The translations under genes and the position numbers were made by a program. From the IMG/VR virus record IMGVR_UViG_3300045988_121909: 64,000 nt of DNA. The stretch is one strand, 5' to 3'. Shown in pieces: positions 36,108-45,430 of this stretch (positions are counted from its first letter, which is position 1; each line of letters starts with the position of its first letter). Origin of the DNA: a virus. The notes beneath the pieces were generated by a model. The model made no database searches. It saw nothing but the letters and a program-made list of their open reading frames with translations, and was not told the origin of the DNA.

Positions 36108-37514
36108 ATGGAAGATTTTACTTATGCGCTGTTAATATTTATCGGTATTATACTTTTTGTAGGTATACTACTTATGGGTTATGTAAAAGCACCACCTAAT
36201 ATGGTTTACATCATTTCAGGTCTTAAACGAAAACCTAAGTATATTTCAGGTAAGTCTACAATCAAGATACCTTTTCTACAGAGAGTTGATAAGCTCTCAC
36301 TAGCAATGTTATCTGTTGATGTTAAGACATCTAAGACTATACCTACTGCTGATTATATTAACATTATGGTTGATTCAGTCGCTGTAGTTAAAGTACCGAA
36401 TGACGAAGAGTCAATTAAGAAAGCGGCTGAAAACTTTTTGAACAGAGGTTCAGATTATATTAACGAAATGATTGTTAGCGTACTTGAAGGTAATCTAAGA
36501 GAGATTATTGGAGGTATGCCTCTTGTAAACATAATGAACGATAGAAAAGCATTTGCTCAGATGGTTCAAGAGAACGCAATCACTGATATGGCTAGAATGG
36601 GTCTAGAGATTGTATCATTTAATATACAGAATATTGACGACGCAGGCATTGGAGTTATTGACAATCTTGGTATTGCAAACACAGTAGCTATTCAGAAATC
36701 TGCTGAAATCTCAAGAGCAAACGCTGAAAAAGAAATCGCTGTAGCGCAGGCAAATGCTAATCTTGAAGCGAATGAAGCACAGGTTAAGTCAGAAACAACT
36801 ATTGCTGAAAGACAGAATCAGCTTGCAATTAAGAAAGCAGAGCTACTAAAGCTTGAAAATCAGAAGAATGCTGAAGCTGAGGCAGCATACTCTATCGCAC
36901 AAGAAGAGCAGAGAAAAACAAAAGAAAGCGTGACTGCAGACGCTAACGCAGTAAAAGCACAGAGAGAAATCGATATTCGTAGAAATGTTCTTATCTCTGA
37001 AAGAAACAACGAAGAAGATGCTAAGTTGTATGCTGCTCAGAAAGAAGCTGAAGCGATTAAAGCCGTAGCAGAAGCGAATGCTAAAGCTAAGAAACTTGAA
37101 GCTGAAGCTGAAGCAGCAAAGGTTGAGATGGTAGGTCAGGCTGAAGCAGATGCGTTATTGAAAAAGGCTGAAGCGATGAAGCAGTACGGAGAGGCAGCTA
37201 TACTCGAATCTGTACTAAAGGCTTACGTAGAGATGTCTGCGAATATTGTTAAGCCTCTTGAGAATATTGACTCTATTACTCTTTACGGTGAGGGTAATCA
37301 AGCTAAGCTAGTCGAAGATACTACTAAGTCTCTAACTCAGCTTGATAGCGGATTGAAAGACGCACTAGGTATTGATATTAAATCTATGCTTGGTAGTTTT
37401 CTAGGCACTAAGCTTGGAGTTCAGTCTGCTATTGATGAAGAGTCTGTAGAAAAGCATACTCCTGTCAAGATAGTTCTCGACGATGAAGTTCAAGACGTAG
37501 ATACAGAAAATTAA
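36108..37514 (+). CDS. flotillin-like SPFH/band-7 domain protein
   Basis: N-terminal TM helix, SPFH core, then a long Ala/Glu-rich coiled coil (EAEA repeats), typical of FloT/YqiK. Confidence 0.75.
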   Translation: MEDFTYALLIFIGIILFVGILLMGYVKAPPNMVYIISGLKRKPKYISGKSTIKIPFLQRVDKLSLAMLSVDVKTSKTIPTADYINIMVDSVAVVKVPNDEESIKKAAENFLNRGSDYINEMIVSVLEGNLREIIGGMPLVNIMNDRKAFAQMVQENAITDMARMGLEIVSFNIQNIDDAGIGVIDNLGIANTVAIQKSAEISRANAEKEIAVAQANANLEANEAQVKSETTIAERQNQLAIKKAELLKLENQKNAEAEAAYSIAQEEQRKTKESVTADANAVKAQREIDIRRNVLISERNNEEDAKLYAAQKEAEAIKAVAEANAKAKKLEAEAEAAKVEMVGQAEADALLKKAEAMKQYGEAAILESVLKAYVEMSANIVKPLENIDSITLYGEGNQAKLVEDTTKSLTQLDSGLKDALGIDIKSMLGSFLGTKLGVQSAIDEESVEKHTPVKIVLDDEVQDVDTEN

Positions 37515-37516
37515 TT

Positions 37517-37553
37517 TTTTTTTAAGAGCTAGTTAATTCTAGCTCTTTTTTTT
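37517..37553 (+). terminator. rho-independent terminator followed by a GTTTACA promoter (37554-37583)
   Basis: Hairpin agagctag-ttaatt-ctagctct followed by a T8 run. Confidence 0.65.
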
Positions 37554-37624
37554 GTTTACATTTACTCTCACGTAGTATATAATGAAATAAATCAATTATC
37601 TTATGTTAAATGGAGTATTAATTT

Positions 37625-38536
37625 ATGAAACAGTTTGTATACGAATATGACGTAATAAAGAGAGTAGTTAAAAACTACAGAGTAGAGATAGAAACGCGCA
37701 ACTTAAACACGTTTGAAGATGGCAGTATATTCTATGCGTTCTCTGATTCTAAAAATGATACAGTTAAGAGAACTGTAAACAAATTAAAGAAACTATCTTG
37801 CCCTAAAGATACTAGATTATATTTTGTTAACTCACTTAATGAAGTAAGCAAATACTGCGCTGATGAAGAATACAGCGATTCAGTTGAATTCGTGCGCGAT
37901 AATATTCTTTATAAAGTGAAGTTTAACATATATAATACGTACTTAGATATCAAGTGTACACGCACTAACGATAGAGGCGAGAATATCGCTGATAAAAGAC
38001 TTGTTGCAAATAGTAAGGGTACAAACGCTTATAAATTTGCAGAAATTGCTTATAAAATAGATTTGTCTGATATATCTAATTATGTAGACAAGCATGTCAG
38101 AACAAATTACATTAAATCTCACATTCATTTCAATGACTTTAATGAGCTTGTTCTTGACAATAACTTTAAAATAGAGGTTGACAACGATACGTCTATCGAA
38201 GTAGAAGCGAAGATTGGTAAAGATATTGATGTGTATGATGAGTATGAATACACAGAAAGACGTGCGTCAGACGTAGTAGATGATATAGTGTTCAATAACT
38301 TTGATTTTGACTATAAAACGGAAGCCATAACATATAAAAACGAAAGAATTGACTTATACAGCAGGTTCGTATCAGGAAATGCCTTCAGGTACTTAATCTG
38401 CTATGATAACATCGCTGATGTATTAAAAAAACTTAATTATCTGGATGTTGAGATTACCGATGAGCATCTTGAATTCATCAAAAATGCTTACGTTATATAC
38501 AAAGCTGTAGTCGATGCAATAAATAGCAAGGAGTAA
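37625..38536 (+). CDS. hypothetical protein, GEN-I-x(2)-KR paralog family member 4
   Basis: Contains ...NDRGENIADKRL... Confidence 0.55.
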   Translation: MKQFVYEYDVIKRVVKNYRVEIETRNLNTFEDGSIFYAFSDSKNDTVKRTVNKLKKLSCPKDTRLYFVNSLNEVSKYCADEEYSDSVEFVRDNILYKVKFNIYNTYLDIKCTRTNDRGENIADKRLVANSKGTNAYKFAEIAYKIDLSDISNYVDKHVRTNYIKSHIHFNDFNELVLDNNFKIEVDNDTSIEVEAKIGKDIDVYDEYEYTERRASDVVDDIVFNNFDFDYKTEAITYKNERIDLYSRFVSGNAFRYLICYDNIADVLKKLNYLDVEITDEHLEFIKNAYVIYKAVVDAINSKE

Positions 38537-38539
38537 ATT

Positions 38540-38812
38540 ATGCGAATTCCATTTAATCATATTGATGTAGAACCTAGTTCTCTAAATTGCACTATTGATG
38601 AAACTGTATTGATATTGAAACATAAACAACGTTCAGTTATGGATAGAGGCGACTATATTGAATATAACAGTGAAACAAAAAAGTATGACATATACACCGA
38701 TGTATCAAGACATGGCAGTCCGTCTTATGAGAAAGTTGGAGAGTTAAGCGGAGAAGAGTCTAGATTCTTAAGAGCTTGTGAATCATTCTTTGACATTTAC
38801 AATAAGCTATAA
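38540..38812 (+). CDS. hypothetical protein (90 aa)
   Basis: ORF overlapping the upstream stop. Confidence 0.45.
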   Translation: MRIPFNHIDVEPSSLNCTIDETVLILKHKQRSVMDRGDYIEYNSETKKYDIYTDVSRHGSPSYEKVGELSGEESRFLRACESFFDIYNKL

Positions 38813-38840
38813 AATACAGCCTCGAGCTGTATTTTTTTTT

Positions 38841-38870
38841 GTTTACATACTAAATATCTTTTGATATAAT
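38841..38870 (+). promoter_or_regulatory. promoter GTTTACA-N17-TATAAT
   Basis: gtttacatactaaatatcttttgatataat, after hairpin acagc-ctcga-gctgt and a T9 run. Confidence 0.55.
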
Positions 38871-38898
38871 AGAAAATATCGAAAGAGAGGTTTACGTT

Positions 38899-39693
38899 AT
38901 GTTATCAAAGATTTTTAAAAAGTACGAAGTTATAATCAAGACGTTTGGTTCTGACTCAACATACACTATTTCAGGTAACGCTAATGAGATTAGACGCCAG
39001 TTAAAAGGCATTAGAGTTAGTGAAGAAGTAGTGTTTAACTGTGACATATCTGCAGAATGTACATTTATTCGAGACGCATTCAACAAGAGTATTGTAAAAT
39101 GTGCGTCTACAAAAGAGCTTGAAGAGGTTGTTAAAGTAGATTGTTTTATATCTGATTATACGATTGTTACAGTAAAAACAAGATTTATTAAAGCCGATAC
39201 GATTGACAAGAATCGTGTAAATAAGTTCGGCGAGAATATAGAAGAGAAGCGCAGTAAAGCATTCCAGAATCTTAAGACAAAGATTGATAAGTTTAATACT
39301 CAGTATGATAAATTGAAAGAAAACATACAAGCAATAAAAAATTCTAAGCTTGCTGAAGACGCTTTGAACGAAATTCTTAGTGAGAGTAAAGTACGAAGCT
39401 TACGTCATCTTATAAGAGGTGATTATTTTGCTATCTGCGCAAAATCAGAAGCAATTATTGGTTTTGAAAAATTCTTTATCACTGCTGAGCTAGTTGCAGA
39501 TAAGGCAGTGGTAGATAGTGAACAAATGTATTTACGCTTTGAATTAGTCTCAATTGCACGTAAGTCTGATAGACACGATGTACTTGATTTAAAAAGAAAC
39601 GTAAGGAACATAACTACTGAAGAGAAATTGAAGTACGTTGATTTTATCACAGAAGCTAATATTGATATCTCTAATAAGCTTAGCGAACTATAG
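38899..39693 (+). CDS. hypothetical protein, GEN-I-x(2)-KR paralog family member 5
   Basis: Contains ...NKFGENIEEKRSK... Confidence 0.55.
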   Translation: MLSKIFKKYEVIIKTFGSDSTYTISGNANEIRRQLKGIRVSEEVVFNCDISAECTFIRDAFNKSIVKCASTKELEEVVKVDCFISDYTIVTVKTRFIKADTIDKNRVNKFGENIEEKRSKAFQNLKTKIDKFNTQYDKLKENIQAIKNSKLAEDALNEILSESKVRSLRHLIRGDYFAICAKSEAIIGFEKFFITAELVADKAVVDSEQMYLRFELVSIARKSDRHDVLDLKRNVRNITTEEKLKYVDFITEANIDISNKLSEL

Positions 39694-39801
39694 CCCTCAG
39701 ATATATCTCAGAGACTCCAGAATCGTCTCTCGTAAACTTTTATGCTCTTTTAATATAAATTACCGCCTATGATAAAAACAGCAGTCAGAAGTTAAATCTG
39801 G
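39694..39801 (+). repeat. palindromic intergenic repeat element (MITE-like), direct copy of 60031-60136
   Basis: ctcagatatatctcagag...cgtctctcgtaaacttttatgctcttttaata..attaccgcc..cagaagttaa. Near-identical to 60031-60136 and inverted relative to 28580-28690. Confidence 0.6.
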
Positions 39802-39816
39802 CTGCGATATGAAAGG

Positions 39817-40506
39817 ATGTCAATGGATAATAAAATCAAAAGAAAAGTTAAACTCACAAAAGTGTTTGATACTGAGTTACAAGTATTTATAACCGCAGTG
39901 ATGTCAATAGCACTCGGGCAGTTAAGCAGAATTTACGGCACGACTGATACATTCAATCTACGCTCATTCATCATTTACACTCTCTGGGGTTTTATACTGT
40001 TTGCTACATTAGCAGTTTTCGTGTATGTACTTATGGTTATCATCAGGTATCTTAGCGTTTTACCGCGCATCGTAAGAGCGAAAAATAATATAAGTAAAAT
40101 GCCTTTGACTTATGATGAGCTAGACAAGCTAAACATCAACTCACTTGAAGAATATTTTGAATATGTTCGTGAAAACATTAAAACAACGCATGATATTTTT
40201 GACGATGACAGCGTCAATTATACGTTTGAATTAAACGATGAAGTATTTTTTACAAAAGAACAATCAAGACAATTTTCAGAATTTACTCACCAGTTAATTC
40301 TAGATACTTGTGAAGGTAAGCTCAATCAGTGGAAAGACGATTCTAGATTTAAAGATAGCCCTGTAAAACTATATTTATTTAAAGGTGCAGGAATACGCTT
40401 AGTTCATAGGACAGTATTTGAAAGTTCACCAAATAAAGAAATATTTGAAGGCGTATACGCTAGTTACTACGACCAAATAGACGTTATAGTTGATAGATGT
40501 ATTTAA
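39817..40506 (+). CDS. membrane protein, paralog of 40696-41457
   Basis: N-terminal TM helices. Shared motif KMPLTYDELDKLNINSLEEYFEYVRE versus KLPLTKDELNAAGIHSLEEYFNFLHE. Confidence 0.5.
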   Translation: MSMDNKIKRKVKLTKVFDTELQVFITAVMSIALGQLSRIYGTTDTFNLRSFIIYTLWGFILFATLAVFVYVLMVIIRYLSVLPRIVRAKNNISKMPLTYDELDKLNINSLEEYFEYVRENIKTTHDIFDDDSVNYTFELNDEVFFTKEQSRQFSEFTHQLILDTCEGKLNQWKDDSRFKDSPVKLYLFKGAGIRLVHRTVFESSPNKEIFEGVYASYYDQIDVIVDRCI

Positions 40507-40706
40507 AGAGGGACATTATGAGAAACCCAGACAGAATTCCAAAGATTTTAAATGAAATAGAGAAAATCTGGCAACAATATCCAGATTCACGACTTGGGCA
40601 GCTTATTCTAAATTTAGAATATAGATTGCCTCTGTATCAAATAGAAGATGAAGAGCTTGTAACAGCACTAAAGTCTCTTTACAAAGGAGTCGAAAATGAA
40701 GAATAA
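40497..40706 (+). CDS. hypothetical protein (69 aa)
   Basis: Short ORF between two paralogous membrane-protein genes. Confidence 0.4.
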   Translation: MYLKRDIMRNPDRIPKILNEIEKIWQQYPDSRLGQLILNLEYRLPLYQIEDEELVTALKSLYKGVENEE

Positions 40707-41457
40707 GATAAGTTTTAAAGACGCTTATGGCGATGAGTTATTTACTTTTATGTGTATATTTACTCTGCTTGTATCATATCCTCTAGGTTTATTTGCACGT
40801 AAGTTCGTTTATATGAAAAATATGCCAGATGTTATGATATTAAATATTCTGTGTACTTGCGTAATAGGCATAGTCGCTATGTTATTTCTGTGCGTAACGC
40901 CATTTATGTTGTACGATTTTTTATGTTTTTTGAAACGCATATTGCGTGACAAATTCACTAATACATATGAATTTTTACACAATGCAAAAAATATCTACTT
41001 CGCGAAAGAGAAAATCAGAAAACTGCCTTTAACAAAAGACGAATTGAATGCCGCTGGTATACACTCTTTAGAAGAATATTTTAATTTTCTACACGAACAA
41101 GTTAAAGTATATTTCAAAAGCCCAAGAAAACTAGAAAAATCTAAGAAGATAGATGACTATTTACTCTTTGAAATTCATCGTAATAATATTACTAATAATA
41201 CACTTTTTACATATGCACAACGAAAAGCTTTGAATGATAGTCTAAACGATTTTATATCTGATATTTCGTTTAAAGATTTTTGTAAGCATAATGGAATTCT
41301 TTACATCAGTGATTATAAGTCTAGTATTTCTTTTGTAATGAAAGACGCTGTTGACTTTGACACTCTAGACAAAGTAAAGCTATTTGAAAACGTATACTTA
41401 GATTTAAGTAAAAAAGAATATGCTTTTATTATAGAAATAGAGCACTGCTATAAGTAG
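40696..41457 (+). CDS. membrane protein, paralog of 39817-40506
   Basis: Same architecture and shared motif. Confidence 0.5.
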   Translation: MKNKISFKDAYGDELFTFMCIFTLLVSYPLGLFARKFVYMKNMPDVMILNILCTCVIGIVAMLFLCVTPFMLYDFLCFLKRILRDKFTNTYEFLHNAKNIYFAKEKIRKLPLTKDELNAAGIHSLEEYFNFLHEQVKVYFKSPRKLEKSKKIDDYLLFEIHRNNITNNTLFTYAQRKALNDSLNDFISDISFKDFCKHNGILYISDYKSSISFVMKDAVDFDTLDKVKLFENVYLDLSKKEYAFIIEIEHCYK

Positions 41458-41522
41458 ATTGTTTACAACTTTGCCTCTTTATGTTAAGATATCCATATCA
41501 AAAAGCATAGAGAGGTATTTTT

Positions 41523-41720
41523 ATGAAAAGATTAAGCTTTTATCTAACTGATAATTCAGTGATTGAGACAACTGATGTGTTTACTATTTCATTCTACTAT
41601 TCATGTGTTCAGAGTGATTGCTTCACACGTATACCAATGTTCGCTATTAAAGACGAAAACGGTAATGTGTGCACAATTAACACAAGACACATTATACGCA
41701 CTGAAGAGAAAGAGATTTAA
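41523..41720 (+). CDS. hypothetical protein (65 aa)
   Basis: ORF with RBS (agagaggta). Confidence 0.45.
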   Translation: MKRLSFYLTDNSVIETTDVFTISFYYSCVQSDCFTRIPMFAIKDENGNVCTINTRHIIRTEEKEI

Positions 41721-41722
41721 AA

Positions 41723-41950
41723 ATGGTAGCAAGAATATTTTATGATGAAGATTATACAATTCTTTTCCTTGACGATGAAAAGGTGTTTGAAGGTGAGTGC
41801 TTAGAACCAGCAGTACTACTAAATCTTCTTATAGATAAGAAATTAACAGATGTCTATGAGTATATAGCTTTTGATGACGACAAATACGCTTTTAAAAAAT
41901 GCGAAAGTTTACACGACTATATTAACTGCAGTATACCACTACCTATTTAA
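41723..41950 (+). CDS. hypothetical protein (75 aa)
   Basis: ORF abutting the upstream gene. Confidence 0.45.
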   Translation: MVARIFYDEDYTILFLDDEKVFEGECLEPAVLLNLLIDKKLTDVYEYIAFDDDKYAFKKCESLHDYINCSIPLPI

Positions 41951-41964
41951 AAGGAGTAAAACGA

Positions 41965-42516
41965 TTGATTTATTTTACAAGTGATTTACATTTAAATCAT
42001 GATAGAGATTTTATCTATGGCGTAAGAGGTTTTAAGTCTATTGACGAGATGAATGAAGCTATAATCAAAAACTGGAATAAGACAGTGAACGATTCTGATA
42101 CAGTCTGTATTCTTGGCGATATTATGCTTGGTGATAATAAAGAGAGTATTGAATTATTCAATAAGCTTAAAGGACAGAAGTTTATTGTACTGGGTAATCA
42201 CGACACTTCAGATAGAGCAAAGATATATGCTAAAGCACCAAGCACAACAGTGCTATGATATGCTCATTTAATAAAGATTGATAAACAGCAATTTTATCTT
42301 AGTCATTATCCTTCAATAATACGAGATGATATTTCGCGTTTTAAACTAAAGCATAGCGCAATATGTCTATTCGGTCATATTCATCAGGATGTGAAGTTTT
42401 ATAATGACTACCCGTATGTTTATCACATAGGCTTAGACGCACATAATCTCACACCAATAGCTTTGCGCGATATAATTGATGATATTAAAGCAGAATTGCA
42501 TAAGAGGAGTATATAG
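41965..42516 (+). pseudogene. calcineurin-like metallophosphoesterase gene interrupted by one in-frame TGA (42256-42258)
   Basis: N-terminal part (DLHLNHD, LGDIMLGD, LGNHD) and C-terminal part (LSHYP..LFGHIHQD..HIGLD) are in the same frame, separated only by TGA. Pseudogene, sequencing error or stop-codon readthrough. Confidence 0.55.
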
Positions 42517-42517
42517 A

Positions 42518-44707
42518 ATGAAAGTACAGATAGGCACTAAAACTTGGCTAAAGTCTCAGAATGTTGAAGAGCTTTTGAATAAGTTATGCGAAAAAGTAGA
42601 TATTTTTGATTATCAGTATGTCAGAGGTAGAGAATTAGTTAAAATTATTAATCGCTCTACAAATGAAGAGTATATAGTTAATTTAACTTATCCAGTAAGT
42701 TTCTTAAGTGACGCAATACAAGAGGTTGCTAAGTCTTATATTAAAGAAAATCTTTTAAAAGAAGATAAAGTTGCTTTAATGTATGATTTGTATATTCATC
42801 GTGAATATTATGATAGTATTCGTGTAAGATTTAATGATAAGTTTTATTTAATCAGTGACACTGTTGAGAAAGTACAGTATTATTCTGTAAAAATAGATAA
42901 TTACGTTTATACTATTTTACCTAATTGCTACGTTTCAAATAATCTTACAGCTTATCGTTCTAAACGTGAAGAAGAATTTGACGCTATTGTAATTACTGAC
43001 TTAGATACGAAGAATTCTATACTTATAGAAAGACCGTTTATTGATGCAGTCAAGCCTGCGGTGCAATTAAGCACACAAACGTATGATAAATTCATCAATA
43101 ACGATGAAATGTATGAGCTGCTGAATATGAGCAAAAAGCAGATTGAATTATTTAACAGTATCTCTGACTCAAACCGTGAAAAGAATATTTTCAACTTTAT
43201 ATATAAGTATGCTAATATACAAATCGATAACTCAGAAGAGTATGAGTACAACACTGTCACTTATGATGAAAAGCTTGAAGAGGCTACATTACATCTTGTA
43301 GATACAAAGAGAGAAAATCGTATAAAGATAGTTATTCCTAAAACTGGTTATTTTAAGTTTTTTGTAAATGGCGTTAAAACTACTAAAGCTGGTATGAAGA
43401 GTATGCAAGCTTGTATACCTACTCACTTTGAAGATATTCCTGACTGCAGTAATTTTTCTAATAGAATAAAGAACTTTGAGTATTTGTTACGCAATCTGAA
43501 TGATTTTAAGTCATTCTATCAGAGAAATATATACTATTATGATTATAACTCTCGTAGACCTAGACAGATTATTGTTAACGATTTAATTGATTTGCTGTAC
43601 AGTGATAAGCTTGAGGGTTTATTCTCAGTATACGGTAAGATTCCAGCTCTAAAGCAACTCAATGATTGGTCTGATGTAGATAGAGCAAACTATCTAATAA
43701 AGATATTCGACATATACAAAAATAATTCACTTGTTAGAGAATTAAAGTCATCATTCTTCGACACAGTGCCAAGAGTAAATATGCTTTTTGAAATAGATTC
43801 TCTTAGAGCAGTAACAGGAATTCGTCTAATGCATATGTGCGACACAGGTACAGGCGTTTTCAATATTATTTCAAGATTCTCTACAGAAGAGCTTGAGATT
43901 ATTGGTGAGTTATTCTTGGAATTTTATTTCTTGCTGACATACGCTTTTAAAGATATAGACGCGCAGTTAGATTATATTGAAAATCGCGAGAAAGCTCTTG
44001 ATGAGTTTATAAAACAAATTAAAATCGTTGATAATAGAATAATTGGATTGCTCAGCTTTGACACAACGTTCAAGTCAGTTGAAAATGAATTAAAGAGATA
44101 CATTGAATTATTTAATCTCGTTCTCTTCCAGAATAAAGACACAAGAGATATTTACTACAGTGTATATGAAAATGACATCACTGATTATTATTTATATGAT
44201 ATGCTGAATATGTATTTCTCTATATACAGAGATAGAAAGATAAAAGATTTTACGAATGACATCAAGCATAGCATTGAAGAAAACAGTATCAAAGCATTCC
44301 ACGATACACTAGCTGAAACATACAATGCTATTAAAAGAGAATTAGCAGAAGAAGAGTATGCTGAAGTATTAAAAACATATACATATAAGAGCTATGTAGG
44401 TGAAAACTTTAGTATCATTGCACCTCCAACTCTCGTAGCGATTATTAATGAAGGTGAAGTTTTAAAACATTGCGTATCGTCTTATATTAATAGAATACTC
44501 AAAAAAGAAACATTCATTTTCTTCTTGAGAGCTAATGACGATTTAGATACACCTCTGGTTACTATTGAAGTTAGAGACAATGAGATTCTACAGGCGTCAG
44601 GTATGTATAACAGAAGATTAAAATCTGATTCTGAAGAGATGAAAACAATTCTAGAATTCGCTAAGCTTAATGACATAAAAGTAGATACGTATTATGTTTG
44701 TGTTTAA
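42518..44707 (+). CDS. hypothetical protein (729 aa)
   Basis: Long ORF with RBS (aagaggagt). No confident domain call. Confidence 0.55.
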   Translation: MKVQIGTKTWLKSQNVEELLNKLCEKVDIFDYQYVRGRELVKIINRSTNEEYIVNLTYPVSFLSDAIQEVAKSYIKENLLKEDKVALMYDLYIHREYYDSIRVRFNDKFYLISDTVEKVQYYSVKIDNYVYTILPNCYVSNNLTAYRSKREEEFDAIVITDLDTKNSILIERPFIDAVKPAVQLSTQTYDKFINNDEMYELLNMSKKQIELFNSISDSNREKNIFNFIYKYANIQIDNSEEYEYNTVTYDEKLEEATLHLVDTKRENRIKIVIPKTGYFKFFVNGVKTTKAGMKSMQACIPTHFEDIPDCSNFSNRIKNFEYLLRNLNDFKSFYQRNIYYYDYNSRRPRQIIVNDLIDLLYSDKLEGLFSVYGKIPALKQLNDWSDVDRANYLIKIFDIYKNNSLVRELKSSFFDTVPRVNMLFEIDSLRAVTGIRLMHMCDTGTGVFNIISRFSTEELEIIGELFLEFYFLLTYAFKDIDAQLDYIENREKALDEFIKQIKIVDNRIIGLLSFDTTFKSVENELKRYIELFNLVLFQNKDTRDIYYSVYENDITDYYLYDMLNMYFSIYRDRKIKDFTNDIKHSIEENSIKAFHDTLAETYNAIKRELAEEEYAEVLKTYTYKSYVGENFSIIAPPTLVAIINEGEVLKHCVSSYINRILKKETFIFFLRANDDLDTPLVTIEVRDNEILQASGMYNRRLKSDSEEMKTILEFAKLNDIKVDTYYVCV

Positions 44708-44849
44708 CAAGATAAATCGACCTATTTGACGGAATGCTAGAAACAAGAGAATGTTACGGTGAGACTGGCCATCTCATACGTAGCATTTTTTTTATGTTTA
44801 CATATTTTGTATGGTGTGTTAAAATATCTCTATTATAAGGAGATTTGAT

Positions 44850-45419
44850 ATGTTAGAAAATATACTACACGAAAACTTAAATAATTTATACGCTGTAGAA
44901 GATAACTTAGACGAAGAATACTTTACTCAACTTGAATATTGCTATCTTAATCTTCTTGAAGGTCTATGTAATTATGAATTTGTCATAGACTTTTGTCTAA
45001 AACATAACATAAAGAGTATCACAGACATCGGTACAGCGTGTTCAGTACAAGGTAATCTGTTTAATAAGTTTGACATTGAGTACAACGCAATTAATGATTC
45101 AAGACGTGAAACACAGGATATTTTTGTAAAGTTTAACTCTTACCAACAAGCGCATTATGGCGTAAATTCAGTAAACACCGATAAAGATTCACTCGCTGTA
45201 GCTATTTTATCTTTAGGTTGGGATTGCTACGCAAACAGAGAACAGAGAAATCATCAGTACGAATGCTTATCAAAAGATTTTAATGAAGCATTACTTTACA
45301 TCCCTAAAGAAGAGATAGAGCACATACGAAAGTATTTTAAATGTGTTAAACTATTGACAAATTGTAAACCATTGACAGGTTGTTTTGTTTACGCAAGCAA
45401 TACTCAGAAGTATGTATAA
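44850..45419 (+). CDS. hypothetical protein (189 aa)
   Basis: Preceded by a GTTTACA promoter (44796-44825) and RBS (aaggagat). Confidence 0.5.
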   Translation: MLENILHENLNNLYAVEDNLDEEYFTQLEYCYLNLLEGLCNYEFVIDFCLKHNIKSITDIGTACSVQGNLFNKFDIEYNAINDSRRETQDIFVKFNSYQQAHYGVNSVNTDKDSLAVAILSLGWDCYANREQRNHQYECLSKDFNEALLYIPKEEIEHIRKYFKCVKLLTNCKPLTGCFVYASNTQKYV

Positions 45420-45430
45420 AGAGGTACAAA

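Noticed and set aside
41563-41745. 60-aa ORF overlapping 41523-41720 in another frame
   Set aside because: Shadow ORF with no RBS; the overlapping 65-aa ORF has a proper RBS.
42256-42258. Alternative genetic code (TGA=Trp) for the whole genome
   Set aside because: All other genes terminate properly in the standard code, including at TGA codons, and no tRNA with anticodon TCA was found. A single-gene event is more likely.
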